From: Dimorphilus gyrociliatus
Lineage: Eukaryota; Animalia; Annelida
Assembly (NCBI GenBank): GCA_904063045.1
Contig: CAJFCJ010000007.1
Span: forward strand, 2,115,404 to 2,179,403
Direction of reading: 5' to 3'
Length of the DNA stretch: 64,000 nt
A program made the position numbers and the translations under genes. The stretch's first letter is position 1. Each line of letters begins with the position of its first letter. Under the pieces are notes generated by a model. It saw nothing but the letters and a program-made list of their open reading frames with translations, did no database searches and was not told the origin of the DNA. This document shows positions 13,528-26,599 of the stretch, in pieces.

Positions 13528-14079
13528 AACAAATTTCCATTCAGCAGAAGAATATTAACACTTTTTTATTGGTTAATGTTCAACAATACAGTTTTTTTTT
13601 CTATATTTAACGAAAGAAAGAAACTTTCAATAATAAAAATCTTTTTATTCAGGATAGCAACAGCAGAAGGAGAAGAGCAAATATTTTCTTTTTGTAAATT
13701 TTATAAGGGTTTTAGCATTTCCTATTAAAAAAATATAATTGAACAATTATTGAATATTAATTAAAATGAATAAAAAAGCGTTATATCAAGATTACATACT
13801 CTTTTTTTCTCTTTTCAACTTTTTATTACACTTATTACTTAAGCTATCGACCTTTGTTATAGTAACATACAATAAAGAGTGTTTCTTATTTAATGAAGAA
13901 TAGCGTAAACTTAAGGAGAGAGCAAATTTCTTTGTGTCCACTTTGAGGAAGAAAGGCGAGAGGGGGAGTGGGAGGAAAAGGTTGAATAACGTAATATTTA
14001 TGCAATTGTACTTTAGGCGAAGAGAACAATTCATCTATTATATAGACTCTATTTAGATAGACAGGAAAGGGAGAGAATA

Positions 14080-14101
14080 CGTGTGTGTGTGTGTGTGTGT
14101 G
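14080..14101. repeat. (GT)n microsatellite
   Basis: Direct reading of the sequence. Confidence 0.85.
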
Positions 14102-15592
14102 GGAGGGAGGATAGATTAAAGAGAAAAGGAATAGGCCTGTATTTACTTGTGTATCTAGTTACGTAACAGAAACTTTTTATTTTTAAAGGTATTCTGTTTA
14201 TTGAAATATCCTTGTAGGTTCTTCCTAAATACGTAACAAAAAGTGTTGATTCAATGAAATTAATCTGATGTATAGACATTAAATAATATATTATAGAGTT
14301 ATTACGTGAATGTTTTTAATGCTTTTCAAATAATTCTCAAAGATTATAATTTCATCAATAAAATAGCCATATTTTCGCTCAATATTTTATTAACAATTTA
14401 TATTTATTTTCAAAAGAACTTGTCTAAGAGTTTATAATGAAAAAAATTGCTTTTTAATTTTCAAATAAGCCTATTCTAAAATTTATTCAATACGGTCACG
14501 TGTTTAAGGCCTCTTGTTCGGACTAGGAAATACAAATAAAGTTATTCTCTTTATCGTTGCCTCAAATTTTATGATAAACCAAATACTTTTATGTAAAGAA
14601 ATATCTTTAGTATTAGATATTTTGGAATGATCCATCGATTACAAATGATTAAATATTATACAAGTAACGACTGATTAGCTCAACGAAAACCGGTTAGTTG
14701 TTCTTTAAAAAATCGACTAATTACTTTCTGCTTTTTATTAATCAAAACAGCAAAATTGTCTTTTATTGTTACACTTTATTTAAAGAAAAATGAACCAAGT
14801 CTTATTATATTATATTATATTACTATTTTATTATCCATAATTGAAAAGATACCTTTAAAATTAAAATTATTGAATGTATGTATTAATTAATGAATATTCA
14901 TATTCTATTAAATTAACGTGCTAATTTTAAATTATCGTATTGACTGTATTGTTAAAGAGGGAAAATGGTATGATATATATTGTAAAAATGAATAAAAAAT
15001 CACTTATCTACAGATACATATGGGTTATGAAGTATGAATGTGTACTATGCTTATACACTAATGTATGTATACATGTATAGAACCCTTATAAAATGTCTAA
15101 TCCAATATTTCTAAATAGTATTGAAATAATAGCAATTTTCAACGAAAATACCATCTAAAAACATTCTTAATAACTATTGATATATTCCTGTTTTAATAAC
15201 AATAAAAAAGTACTCTTTATCAATTAATATAATCTACGTAGTTTGATAAATTTAAGATAAATATTTAAAGCTGGAATCTTTCTACTTTAAAGGTATTTTT
15301 TTTATTCGAGTCGTTCGTTTAAAGAACAAAATGTTATATATCGTTATCTGTTCTATTAACATATCAGTTTTTTTTTTATTATTATAGATTTTCTATGTTT
15401 TTTTTAGTTCTATATAATTTATTGTTTATGCCACTTTGTTTGAAAATTTCTCTTTTCTCTTCCTTTATTTTCATAGTTTATATTAATAAATATATAAATG
15501 TATATTCAGGTATCTAAAGTGGATTTTTTTCAAAGAAAATCCTTTGATGAAAGAAAAACAATTACAGAGATTCATTATTTTAAAACCAAAGA

Positions 15593-16288
15593 ATGTTATA
15601 CGAGTCGGTTTCTACTGTGGATACAAATCTACAATTAAAGTGTTCGAGAGACAATACATCGAATCTTAGCAATGATAATCGAAGCGAAGAAGTATCAAAT
15701 AAAAAGAGTGTAGGAGGAGAATTAGAATGGGAAGAATGTATAAAATTACGATATACTGAACGTCCTTCAAACATTCTCTGTAATTCACCTCCACCAGCTA
15801 ATGGAACAGAATCAGGAGAGGCGGAAGTAGATTCGAATGCTAATCGTAATTCAACTAAAACCATAGTGGATAATTACGATATTGAAATGGAAAAATTAAA
15901 CGATGATAGTCAAAATTCAATGTTACATTTAACTATCGCTCCCACTCCCAGATTGGGATACTATGCAGATATCATGATGGAGAGAAAAGGAATTAAGGGG
16001 AAACACTCAAAGTTTGATGAAAGGAGAACAAATACATTACAATTGCCCGAAGTTAGCCAACCTATTGTTCAAAGACGACACTCTTCGGCCTCTAACTCGT
16101 CTGTTGGCGATAAAGATAATCTATTAGAATTGATCACTAATTGTCGGGAGATGGAAGAATTGAACCTTAATTTTGAGAAAAAACTCTTTGTTAAAAAAGA
16201 TTACTTTTTAAGCACTGCATTCGGTTTATTATTAGGTATTCTGACTGCTTTATTCGCTAGATCACTGGTTTTAGTTTTATTTGGTTGA
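15593..16288 (+). CDS. uncharacterised 231-aa disordered protein with C-terminal TM anchor
   Basis: Long ORF, GC-richer than its flanks, with a Ser/Asn/Glu-rich body and terminal FLSTAFGLLLGILTALFARSLVLVLFG. The start is uncertain; a splice acceptor lies at ~15509. Confidence 0.65.
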   Translation: MLYESVSTVDTNLQLKCSRDNTSNLSNDNRSEEVSNKKSVGGELEWEECIKLRYTERPSNILCNSPPPANGTESGEAEVDSNANRNSTKTIVDNYDIEMEKLNDDSQNSMLHLTIAPTPRLGYYADIMMERKGIKGKHSKFDERRTNTLQLPEVSQPIVQRRHSSASNSSVGDKDNLLELITNCREMEELNLNFEKKLFVKKDYFLSTAFGLLLGILTALFARSLVLVLFG

Positions 16289-16768
16289 AAAATAATAATT
16301 CTGTAGCGGATCGTTGCCTTTCGTTAAATCTCTCCCAAAATATCATTCAGATGTCGACACAATCGCTTGTATTTGCTTATATTCTCTGATTTTATTTAAG
16401 ACAGAGCTACGATTGATGGCGATTGACAAAAATAAATAGTATTTCATAAAAAAATATATATTAGACTAATCATGGTGCTGTTAATAAATGGAAATTCAAT
16501 TGAATTTCCTTCGAACAAAGAGATTGACGAGAAAACAAAGAGTCCAAATCTATTGTATATAATTTTGTCAATCTATTACTTTCGGCTGTATAATGAAGGT
16601 ATTCTTTCTTATTTTATCGATTTATATACTAATATTTTAACAATCCGCTAATAATGTCAGAGAAAATTATCATGCACCTTGTGTTTTTTGTCACCTATAA
16701 GTAATGTTTTCAACAGTGTACTTTAAAATTTAGTCATTTCATAAAAAACAATGCTAATTCGAGTCTTT

Positions 16769-19700
16769 CTAAAAGTAGCCTCTGCACAATGGACATGTAG
16801 ATTTATTACTTGTGTTGAACCATTTATACTGTAGATAGCAAAAAAAAAAAAGATATGATTAATTAGGTTATTGATGCAATTAGAGGTGATATGAGATTAT
16901 TACCAAACACCCTGGATGGAATTTTTTGCGACATGTAGAACATTGCAATTTTGGTAGTTGATAATTTGTCGGATGAAGTACACTAAAGCATATCGTACAT
17001 TCTTCTACATCATCGAATAATTTTTTAACATTATTTTTCCAAATTAATAGACTCTCAAGAAGCGTTCCGTTTTGAAGTGAAAGAAACGTAGTCATCTGTA
17101 ATATCCATTTTCGCCATTTATTCTCATCTGCGCCAATCTTTCTACTTGCTTTTACAACTACAGGTGTTAATGGAGTGTCAGCCGGAAAGGTAACTTCCAC
17201 TTCTAAAGTAACTTCGTTATGTATATAGGAAGCAACGACTTCTCCTGAAGTTTCTCTTAATAAAATCTTTAAAAAATTAATTTATTTATAAATCTGAGCA
17301 TTGCTGAAGTGGAAAGTAACTAACCGTAAATTCATCGTTAGATATAGATTCAGCCTTTAATTGTTTAATTTCCTTGGAAATTAAGATTTTCGAGGCAAAA
17401 GAAGATGTAAACTCTTTGAAGCAGTTACAGATGACTTTATCCTGCAAATTATACCATTTTCGAACAAGGGCTGGAAGACGCTCTAACAGACGTAAATAAA
17501 GGCTGGAGGCAATCCATTCAACGTATTCACTTGTCGCTTTAGGCGTTTCTATGAACAAAAGATAATTAAATAGTAATGGCAAGAAAAGGACGCCTTGATT
17601 TTCTAAAATAATCAAATTCTTACTATCAAGCCATGACGATTTTGAAATTCTGTTAAATAAGTCAAGGATTTTTGAATGAGTACCAGGAAGTTTTGGGTCA
17701 GGCATTATTGAGAATAAAACATGTATAGCTTCCTGAATCAAATTATTCTCTTTCAAATATGCATAATGGGTAGCCTCACAAAATGTTAATAAAACATTCC
17801 AACAATAGATAAACCCAGTCCAATCATAAATTTCGTCGGTTAGTTCCTTAATGCTTATTCTTTCCCCAAAGGCTGTATTGAATTTTGCTATTTTTAACGT
17901 TAAATTCATTAAAGTTGTTAGCATTATGTCTGGCGGAGAGCTGATTGAAACATATAAATCTCATCAGTTAGAAAAATAAGGTACGAAATTCTTACTGTTT
18001 ATCATAATCATTATAGTCATTTTCATCGCTCACAGTCTTGGGTATTAGCTTTGTAACCCTGGTAACGCATAATAAAACTTTTATAAAGAAAAGGCAGTAA
18101 ACTAAATAGTGACATATTACCTTTCAAGTATTAAGGCAGCACAATTTTGTGTAAGAACATTTTTTCTTTCCAGCAAAGGGAATACGTGATTAAATAAAGT
18201 AACAACTTTATCTGGTAAATAACTGGTAGTATCCAGTAGGGGTGGTAATTCGTGCTCGAGAAAATGAGTAGGAGGTAGAAAATTAATAGCCCCAGTAAGT
18301 GACAAGAGGACTTCCTGATAAGCATAAGTTGAATTGCCTTCTAAGACTTGTGAAATATACATAAAAACTTCAAAGAGATGACGATAAATGTCAGCGCTGA
18401 AGAAATTAATCCATTCATCTTTTAATTCAGTTGAGCTGGAGGATGAGTTGAAGAATTTTCCAATTTCACTACATAGACTGAAAGCTTCAATAGCTAATGC
18501 TGCCGTTGATAAATCTACTAATAAACTCTCTTTTTCTATAACCTGTTAATATATTTTGTTTAAAAGTAATGACAGGTGGGAATTCAAACAGCGATTGCCA
18601 ACTTACAGGCACATAAGCAGAAAGAGCGCAAAGTAAAACGTCCCAAAATGGGTGTTCGATCGCATTGACGGACACGCATATTTTAAAAAATTTTATTAAC
18701 TCTATGTTCCATTGAACTTCATTCCATGGACATTCTTTTACATTACTGCAAAGTAATCATTTTTTGTTTAATTTCAAAGAAAATTTAAAAATTTGTTATA
18801 AACGCATACTTATTCTCGTTGAAAAGGTAAAAATTGGGACAATTTTCTTTCCATATAGTTATTTTGTCAGCTAACACTTTGCAACAAGAAATTACTTTGT
18901 CTTTTAACGTTGTATTATCAGGTTGGTGAGCGACAACGTGTTGACACGTATAGTTAAAAAGTTGCAATTTATCAAGATATCCAGCTGAATCTAAACAGAT
19001 ATACGTGTAAATATTTGCAATGTATATGAGTTGGTTTTTGCTAAAAAAAATCCTACAGTTAAATAGATTATTGCTTGATTTCAATTATTTTGTTTAGTCT
19101 TGTTGTTTATAGGAGAAGAGCATACCTAAAGTTCACACATATAAATAACAAATCAGATATTATATATAATGACCCCTGGTAGCGAAAAATTACATTCCAA
19201 TGTTATAATGGACATGGAAAAACACGAGAAGAATATTCAACAAGTGAAGAAAAGATTATATAAAACTCTCTTTTTAATATTTAACATACTATCAACATTA
19301 ACAGGTTTGTTTTAATTAACTTGTCACCTTCATCTATTACCAGAATTCACTCAGGAATCTGTTTGACTGCTATTATTTTATGGACATGGTATAATGCCGA
19401 TGACAACATTAAGAGATCCTACTCGGTTTTCTTCTTTTTATTAATGGTAAGCTAATATACTTGAACAAGAGAACTTTTTTTTTATAGCCCAATTGTAGGC
19501 AAAAAATATGTAAAGGGACAAAATATCAAGCATAAATTAACAACTATCTTATTCAATTATGATATAAATTTCATTGTGAATGTTAAATTTAGTTACAATA
19601 GAATTGCTGTAACATATTATTGTTAATTAACATCTACAAGTATATTTTCATATATACAGTAGATACGACAAATTAAATATAGCTAAATAACGGTTGCCAA

Positions 19701-22700
19701 AGCGAAAATTTATGGTCAGTTTGTGACACGATGTACTGAAAAACTGAATAAACGTGTAGATATTACTAATTAACTTACTATGGTTACTATATGATAACTG
19801 AATTGTTTCTATATCGAAATTCGATAGTAAAAAGAGATTTCATCGACAGGTTCAAATGCCTACCTTTTCGGGTTTGTTAACAATGTATCAAGGTCCTGAG
19901 AAAACGGTAAGATCGATAATAGATGCTATATTAGTTCAAAAATGTTTACTATAGAAAGCTTAAACGTTGCAGATAGAACACCATTGTTTAATGCTACTAG
20001 TGTCTATTACTGTATTATGGATTAGTTCACCTAGTTTGTGGAAAATTCCGGATCTATTAACATTTGATTATTTAGAATCAAATCTTGTCTTTTCAAATCA
20101 TGCCTTTACCAATTTTCTCATAGAATGGATCGAAATCTTACACCGATCTTCAACAATGCTAAGCGCTTATACATGTTTTATTATTAAATGATGGACACAA
20201 GATATTGGATAAAATTAATAATCCGATTTTTAAAAAATAAGTTCAATAGCTATCCACTACTAAGAATATTTACTTCAGTATAATATTTAAAGAAGAATTC
20301 CTTATTAATGTTAATTATTAATAAGTAATCATCTCGCTCTTATAGGATTTTGATTACTATTAATTGTGATTGTGCTTACAAATATGTGATATTTAATTTA
20401 TTAAGAAAACCTATCACCTTTTTTAAAGGAAATACAAATGCAAATAAAGTTGAATTGAGTAAGCTGATAATTCAATTCTAGGATTTTAATAAATATAACT
20501 CGGGAATTTGATGTATTTTCTTACTAGGCTCTTACGATGTGAAAAAACAATATCGGACACTTACTTTAACTATAGTTACGAATAAGTAATGGATTGAGAT
20601 CATTCAAAGAAATTATGGAAGTAGATAGTTTAATTGTTGTGACTGTGATATTTTGCAATAAACCACTGAGAAAGAGAGTATTTAAGCTGTGACTTATTTT
20701 ACTATAAATCTTCAGTTTTAGGATAAAACTAAAAGCACCTTCCTTTCAAAATTAAAACCTTTTAAGACGTTCTCTAGCACGAGATTATTAATTTTAATTG
20801 TCTTACCATGACTGAGAATCAATTTGGGATCTTTTATAGTATTAAAGATTCTCTCGAGCTCTTCAAAAACATGCAATCGCTCCTCCGGTTCTTCAATTAA
20901 GTACTTTATCCATACTTTATTCAACTCTAATCCAGTAATTTTTGAAGTTTCCTTTGTAGTCATAATTTTCCTAAATATGTAATAAGTAAATAAAACATAA
21001 AAAAGGATAAAATAACAAATTATTTACCTTAAGGACATTTTTGAAATTTTTAATTTATTGCCCTTCGAAATAATCTTCAGTAAATATTGTATTCCGTACA
21101 AATAGATTTTTCCTCTATCTAAACAAGAATTTATAAGATCCTCAAAAAATTCCTTATCGTCCTTTTCATTTATTGATTCAATTAGCGTAAATATATTTTT
21201 CTCAAGAAGCAGGCAGCAGTCAGAGAAATCATCTTTCTATATAAGAGAATAATCGCATTTTAGTCGGCAAGTAAAAATCAATATAAATGTACAAACATTC
21301 ATAAAGTTAGTGACTTTTAGTTGTTCACCAAAAGTGATTGCTGCTATACAATCAACAATTCGTTCCTGGAAGATATTCTGTCTATTCGAAGAAGACAAAT
21401 TAAAGGTATCACAAATTTCTTTTGTTAATATCTCAACGCAGGACCAAAAAACTAGAGGAGCCATACATTTTGGAACAAAGGTTAACGGGATTTTTGAGAG
21501 GCTAGAACGATCTTGAATTATTAAGGAATTTGAATCAATAACAGCTCGTTCTGTCCACTAAATAAAAACATTATCTATAAATTAAAGATTAAAGCATACT
21601 TTGTTGAACTTCACCTTATGTGAAAGTTCAGCCTCAAAATTTAACTTCGTTTCATCGTAGTAATCGAAGAACAATGCGCGCGTTGTGAGACTGTCACTGG
21701 CTGCTATAACGCGCAATATTGTTCCGAATTTTTCAACGTATATATTCAGCCTATTTAATTTATAAATGTTTTTCATTTTTTAAAGAATTATAAATATTTA
21801 ATAAAAAAATAGAATAAATACTTTTTCATTGTATCACAGTCATTATGAAGAGAAAACGAAATTTTCTTCCGTGCATTTTGAAAGAAAAAGGAGTCATTTA
21901 TAGATTTTGTCAAAGCAATGCAATTGGCGCCCGCGCACCAGCTTTCGTCTATTAGTTTTGACATTTTTTCTATAAAAATAAAAGATTTAAATACACGAAG
22001 CTAGACATCTTATTAACCTTACCTGATAAATATGACCGAAACGATAAATCAAAGAGTTTATAAACAAATTTCTCTGCTTTTTCATTTTTAGCAACGTTCT
22101 AAAATATTTAGAATGTAAGAAAAGAAAAATTAATAAAAGATATTTTAACTTACAGGTAACTTTTGGAACAGTAATAAAGAGACTTCACAAGAACATTTTA
22201 TAGCTTTTCTTACATCAACGTCAATTTCTTTTAAAGAAATATTGTCAGGGATATGTAAATTGATGTCATCCAATAATTTCTCTACCAATTTTTCTGATAA
22301 TACGATCCCTTTAAATATATTTCATTTATAACATTGTATTACAAGGTTGATTAAATTATTTACCCTTCATGTCATTTTCTCCCAAGCATATGCACAAAAT
22401 ATTCCATAGCTGTTCGTTGTATTCAGTTAACAATTCATTGAAAATATTGCTAAAGAATGATGTAAAAACATCTCCATCAAAGAATTTAACAGCATTATGA
22501 TCTAGCTCTATTATAACTGTAGATAGGAAAAGTGACAAAGTTGAACCACTTTTTAGGAGCTGAAAATAAGGTTATTATTTTTTAGAATTATTTATAAGGA
22601 ACTAATAAACTTACTTCAAAAGCACTCTCAATCAATTTCAATTTTCGATCATTTTCTACGCGTTGTAAATTTATAAAAAAAAGACTTATGACATTTTGAT

Positions 22701-25026
22701 TTCCATGCTTTTTTAATAAATGCATAATACTGTCTTCATAAAGTCTGATGTTTAAATCGGCTGGGTCTTGCCCATTGTAAACATCTTTTAATATATCATA
22801 GTATAAGAAATTACTGGCTATTTGGCAGTAGAATTCAATATAATTTAAATCATTCTCCTGACGAATATCTTTACGGGTAAGAATGTATACAACAATTTCT
22901 TTTAGATTCGCATTAATTTCAGTATTGAATTCATATTTCTTGCTAATTTTTTCCATTTTCTCATTTTGCGAAAAGTTTACTGATTTTTCAAATTTATAAC
23001 TTTCGTTTCCTCCAATATGACTTAAGAACTCAGCGCCGAATTTTAAACATTTTTTAGAAGATGAGTTTTCAATTATAAATTTAAAATGTTCTCTTAAAAT
23101 ACTCCATAAACCGTCAGAAACCAATTTTCTGTCCGTTTGATCGTCTTCTTTACCAATTTTCCATAAGTACGATACATGCTTTATAAAAGCAGATTGCACA
23201 TGAACGTTGTCATCATTTAGCGCGTCTTTAAAGAAGGATTTGATCTGTTCACAAACTCTATCTTATTTTTTTCACTATTGAAGCATTGTTTATACGTACA
23301 ACGTCGTAAATAACATAATTAATGATCTCGTCGTTCATATCTTCATTCTTTTTATAAAGTGTAAAAGAATATCTACATACTTCAGCCATACATTGAACAA
23401 TAGCTGATATTTCGCTTATGCTTGATGTGATTTTATCCTGTTTCAGACTGAAAATTAGGTTGAAAATTAAATCTCAGACTATCTATTGTAGTGATATAAC
23501 AGACCCTGCCAATAAATTAGTAAATAGCTCTCTATAAAAACCAATATCACATATTTCCTTCGGTAATTTGCTTACAAAGGGTAGTATATTAGGCATAACA
23601 ATGACAGAACATCCATTTGCAGCATTTCGAAGAATAGACCATAATTTAGGTAAAGTGCTTTTTCGTAGATTTACATGCTTAAACCATTCCTAATTATTTT
23701 AATTAGAGTGAATCTCATATCTATCTCGTCAAAGAAATTCTTTATAATTACCTCTATATAGCTAATTGTATGCAAGACTGCATCCCATATAGAGCCAACA
23801 ACCGTAGGATCACCCTCTTCTATGTTATGTAAAACGCTTTGCGTTATTTTAACGGAGAACGAATTTGCCAAGGACTTTCTATGTTGACATAAAGCAGCAA
23901 TCAATTTGTAAAATGCAGATTTTATCTTAAAAAATAGCATAGAATCTTGATTTAGATAAATTATATATACCAAAATGTAAGTATTTACCAGACATGAACC
24001 ACTCTTTGCCATTTTCCAAAATTTGTTAGATTCTAAAAGTTCGGATAGCTTTTTGTCTATTTTCTCATTCGGCATGTCATTCAACTCAGAGAGCACTAGC
24101 TTAGTAGCTAAGAGACTAACAGCAATAGTCCTCTCATATTTAGCCTCTGAATCAACTGTAGATGTTGTTCTACAATATGTTGCAATAAAAATGTTTTGCG
24201 TTATAAACATGTAGTTACACTAACTTTGCATCGCTGAGAGTTTGAGCAGTTTGAACAAGTAAATAATCATTTAAGGTCTGAAAAAAAAGCCTATATAAAT
24301 TTTGAAGTATATCAAAATTAAGATAGAGAATACTTCAAGTGTGCTCTCGGCGCAAAAGATTATGGCTTCCTTTCGCTTTTTTTCTTGAAATACATTGTTT
24401 AATCCATTCCTAGCTGCATTTGAAACTGAGACATCTGGATCACAAATACCCATAAGCCATGTTGGTAAAATTTGTTTTATGACAGGGGCAAGCTCTTTTT
24501 TCAATTTCATTGCAAAATAATGTTGAGCATTATGTCCTCCCTCCCTAACTCTTCTATCCCAGTCCTTATTTAAATATGGAATTAATTAAAAGTTATAAAA
24601 TAAAATAATTCCAACCGTGCCAATTCTAGAATAAATTCTAGGCCAAAAATGCAACACAGTTTTGATATCGTCTGTCTCTTTATTTTCACAAAGGCTACAA
24701 AACTCTTGCAACGCTTTTACTTTTGTAGTAAAGTCTTTTTTGTGTAGTTTTCTCAAAGTCATACGAAAATCAGAATCAACGCTGTTATCGATTTCATCGT
24801 TGCCTTGGGCAGATGGTACGTAGCCTAAATCACCAGATAAAGAAGAGAAGCCGATGAACCCTGATGCTGTTGCTCCAGTTTGTTGGAGATATTCTGCTGC
24901 TCTGGCACTACTGGATGGCTATAACAATTCATTCCTATTATCGTGAGATAGACAAAATAAGTCTTAATTAACAATTAATACCCTTGTATTTCCTTTCGTT
25001 CTATTTTCTTTCTTCTTCCCTCCCAT
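16769..25026 (-). CDS. LTN1: E3 ubiquitin ligase listerin (ribosome quality control), roughly 1750 aa, ~26 exons
   Basis: N-terminus MGGKKKENRTKGNTR|PSSSARAAE..GFIGF..DLGYVP..DSDFRMTLRKLHKKDFTTKVKALQEF. C-terminal RING CTICFSVLH..LPKLQCSTCRKKFHPGCL|YKWFNTSNKSTCPLCRGYF*. First exons 25026-24982, 24918-24616, 24564-24334; last exon 16828-16769. Some internal boundaries are approximate. Confidence 0.93.
19208..20191 (+). CDS. candidate nested antisense gene in LTN1 intron: small multi-pass membrane protein (~154 aa), tetraspanin-like N-terminus
   Basis: Exons 19208-19304, 19355-19446, 19850-19906 and 19973-20191, all GT-AG and phase-compatible. Translation: MDMEKHEKNIQQVKKRLYKTLFLIFNILSTLTGICLTAIILWTW..YSVFFFLLMVQMPTFSGLLTMY..HCLMLLVSITVLWISS. 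The exon 2-3 link is the weakest part. Confidence 0.5.
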
Positions 25027-25404
25027 CACTAAATTTTGTAACCAAATCTAGTAGGAAGTGTGTAAATCCTTCGATTTCCTTTGGAGAATTATCTTACGTT
25101 GTTAATTTCGTTACCTCGTGTGGTGCAACATCCAAGATTTCGCAAGGGGAAACTGGTAGTAAATTGATAGGGAGCAATATTTAAATCTATTCAATTGAAA
25201 AGGTTACATTTACAGAAATATTTTAACTTTTCGCTAACCTTAACCAACACAAAATGTTGCCTTGATATTGTTATCCTCTTTCATCACTTTTTAGAAAATT
25301 AAATACTTTTCTAGCAATTTTCTAAAAAGCATTCTAAACTTTATAATATCGCTCACTGAAATTTAAACTTTACGTTTATAGAACATTAGCATTTAAAGAG
25401 CTAT

Positions 25405-26599
25405 ATGAAGATGAAGAAAGCATATTGTCCTTCTCCAGCCTATGATAGCGATGCAACTCATCCGGAAAGTCCTTATCCGAGTCGGAATTGGGTTGATGAT
25501 TTAGATCTATTTAATGATATTAAAGCGACAGATTCTATTGTGCCGCGCCATGCAAAGACAACCTCCGTCAGCGTTCAGACTGTTGTATCCGGAAGTTAGT
25601 TGAGTTAGCTTTTAAAATGTTTGTTTTCTATCTTTGCGAAAACATAGGTTTGAGAAGTGAATCTACAAAGAAAATCGATTCAACTGGTCGAATCCCAAAT
25701 TGCATCGAAAAATTAGAGTAAGAGCTAGTCGAATTTCCATAATTAGCTTTTCACCACCATTGTTTACAATTTTAGAGTTCTTGTCAAAAAAGCTCAAAAC
25801 AATTCAAAAAAATTGCCTCCCTATAGTATTGCTTTGTTTCACACTTATCTTATTCAATTAGAAACGTTTTTAAGAGATTGTCGAGAGGAAACAACTCACG
25901 ACACAAAGCGCTGCATAGAAATTTTTTGTGGTAAGTTTAACATGTTTACAATTGTAGAAAAACGACTCATAAACAAATTGTCCAATTTAAGATTCAGCAT
26001 TGTATTTAACGAACGACGAAGCTGAAATTTTGATAACTTCGGTTGGAAAATTCATGAGTAAAATCATATGGTTCATAACTAGTGGCAAGAGTCACTATCA
26101 GGTAAAGTTCTGTCTTGTTTTTTTAAGAAATTAAGTAACATTTCATACAGATACTACAAGAAAAGCGTCAGACAGTTCTTTTGCACTTTGCTCATCATGA
26201 ATATTTTTCATTCCAACTAATAGAAAAACTTGTTACTTGCTTGTGCACTTTAGCTCAATCGATCTTGCTAACTTACTTTGGATTATTGAACTCAGAAAGC
26301 GTATGCGAAGCGCTCGAAAGAGTACACTTCATTGCCCAAATAGCCATCGAATGCTTAGTAAATACGGAAATCAAATTTCATAGGTAAGAGAGTTTATTAA
26401 TATTTTATCTCTGATAGTTTAATTCTCACACAGAAATATTTCTGATAGTCAACTAAATTGCCTAATTCAAGGATTGGAGTGTGATGCTGGGTGTTTAGTA
26501 GACATCAACGACACTTTAGTGCAACTGATGAATACAGTTACTTCGGCCTTCAAATTTAGACAACTTCAAGTTCTTCCTAAAGCAAAAGATTTGTCATAA
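25405..26599 (+). CDS. uncharacterised 305-aa protein, head-to-head with LTN1
   Basis: Exons 25405-25594, 25648-25717, 25776-25930, 25998-26101, 26151-26383 and 26434-26599. Canonical 49-67 nt introns keep one frame to TAA. Disordered Pro/Ser N-terminus followed by helical-looking sequence. Confidence 0.75.

Noticed and set aside
20595-20615. bantam-like seed TGAGATCATT
   Set aside because: Lies antisense to an LTN1 exon; the rest of the mature sequence and hairpin do not match.
25931-25957. 27-nt in-frame intron option
   Set aside because: Too short for this genome and leads to an early stop; the acceptor at 25997 gives a 67-nt intron and a continuous frame.
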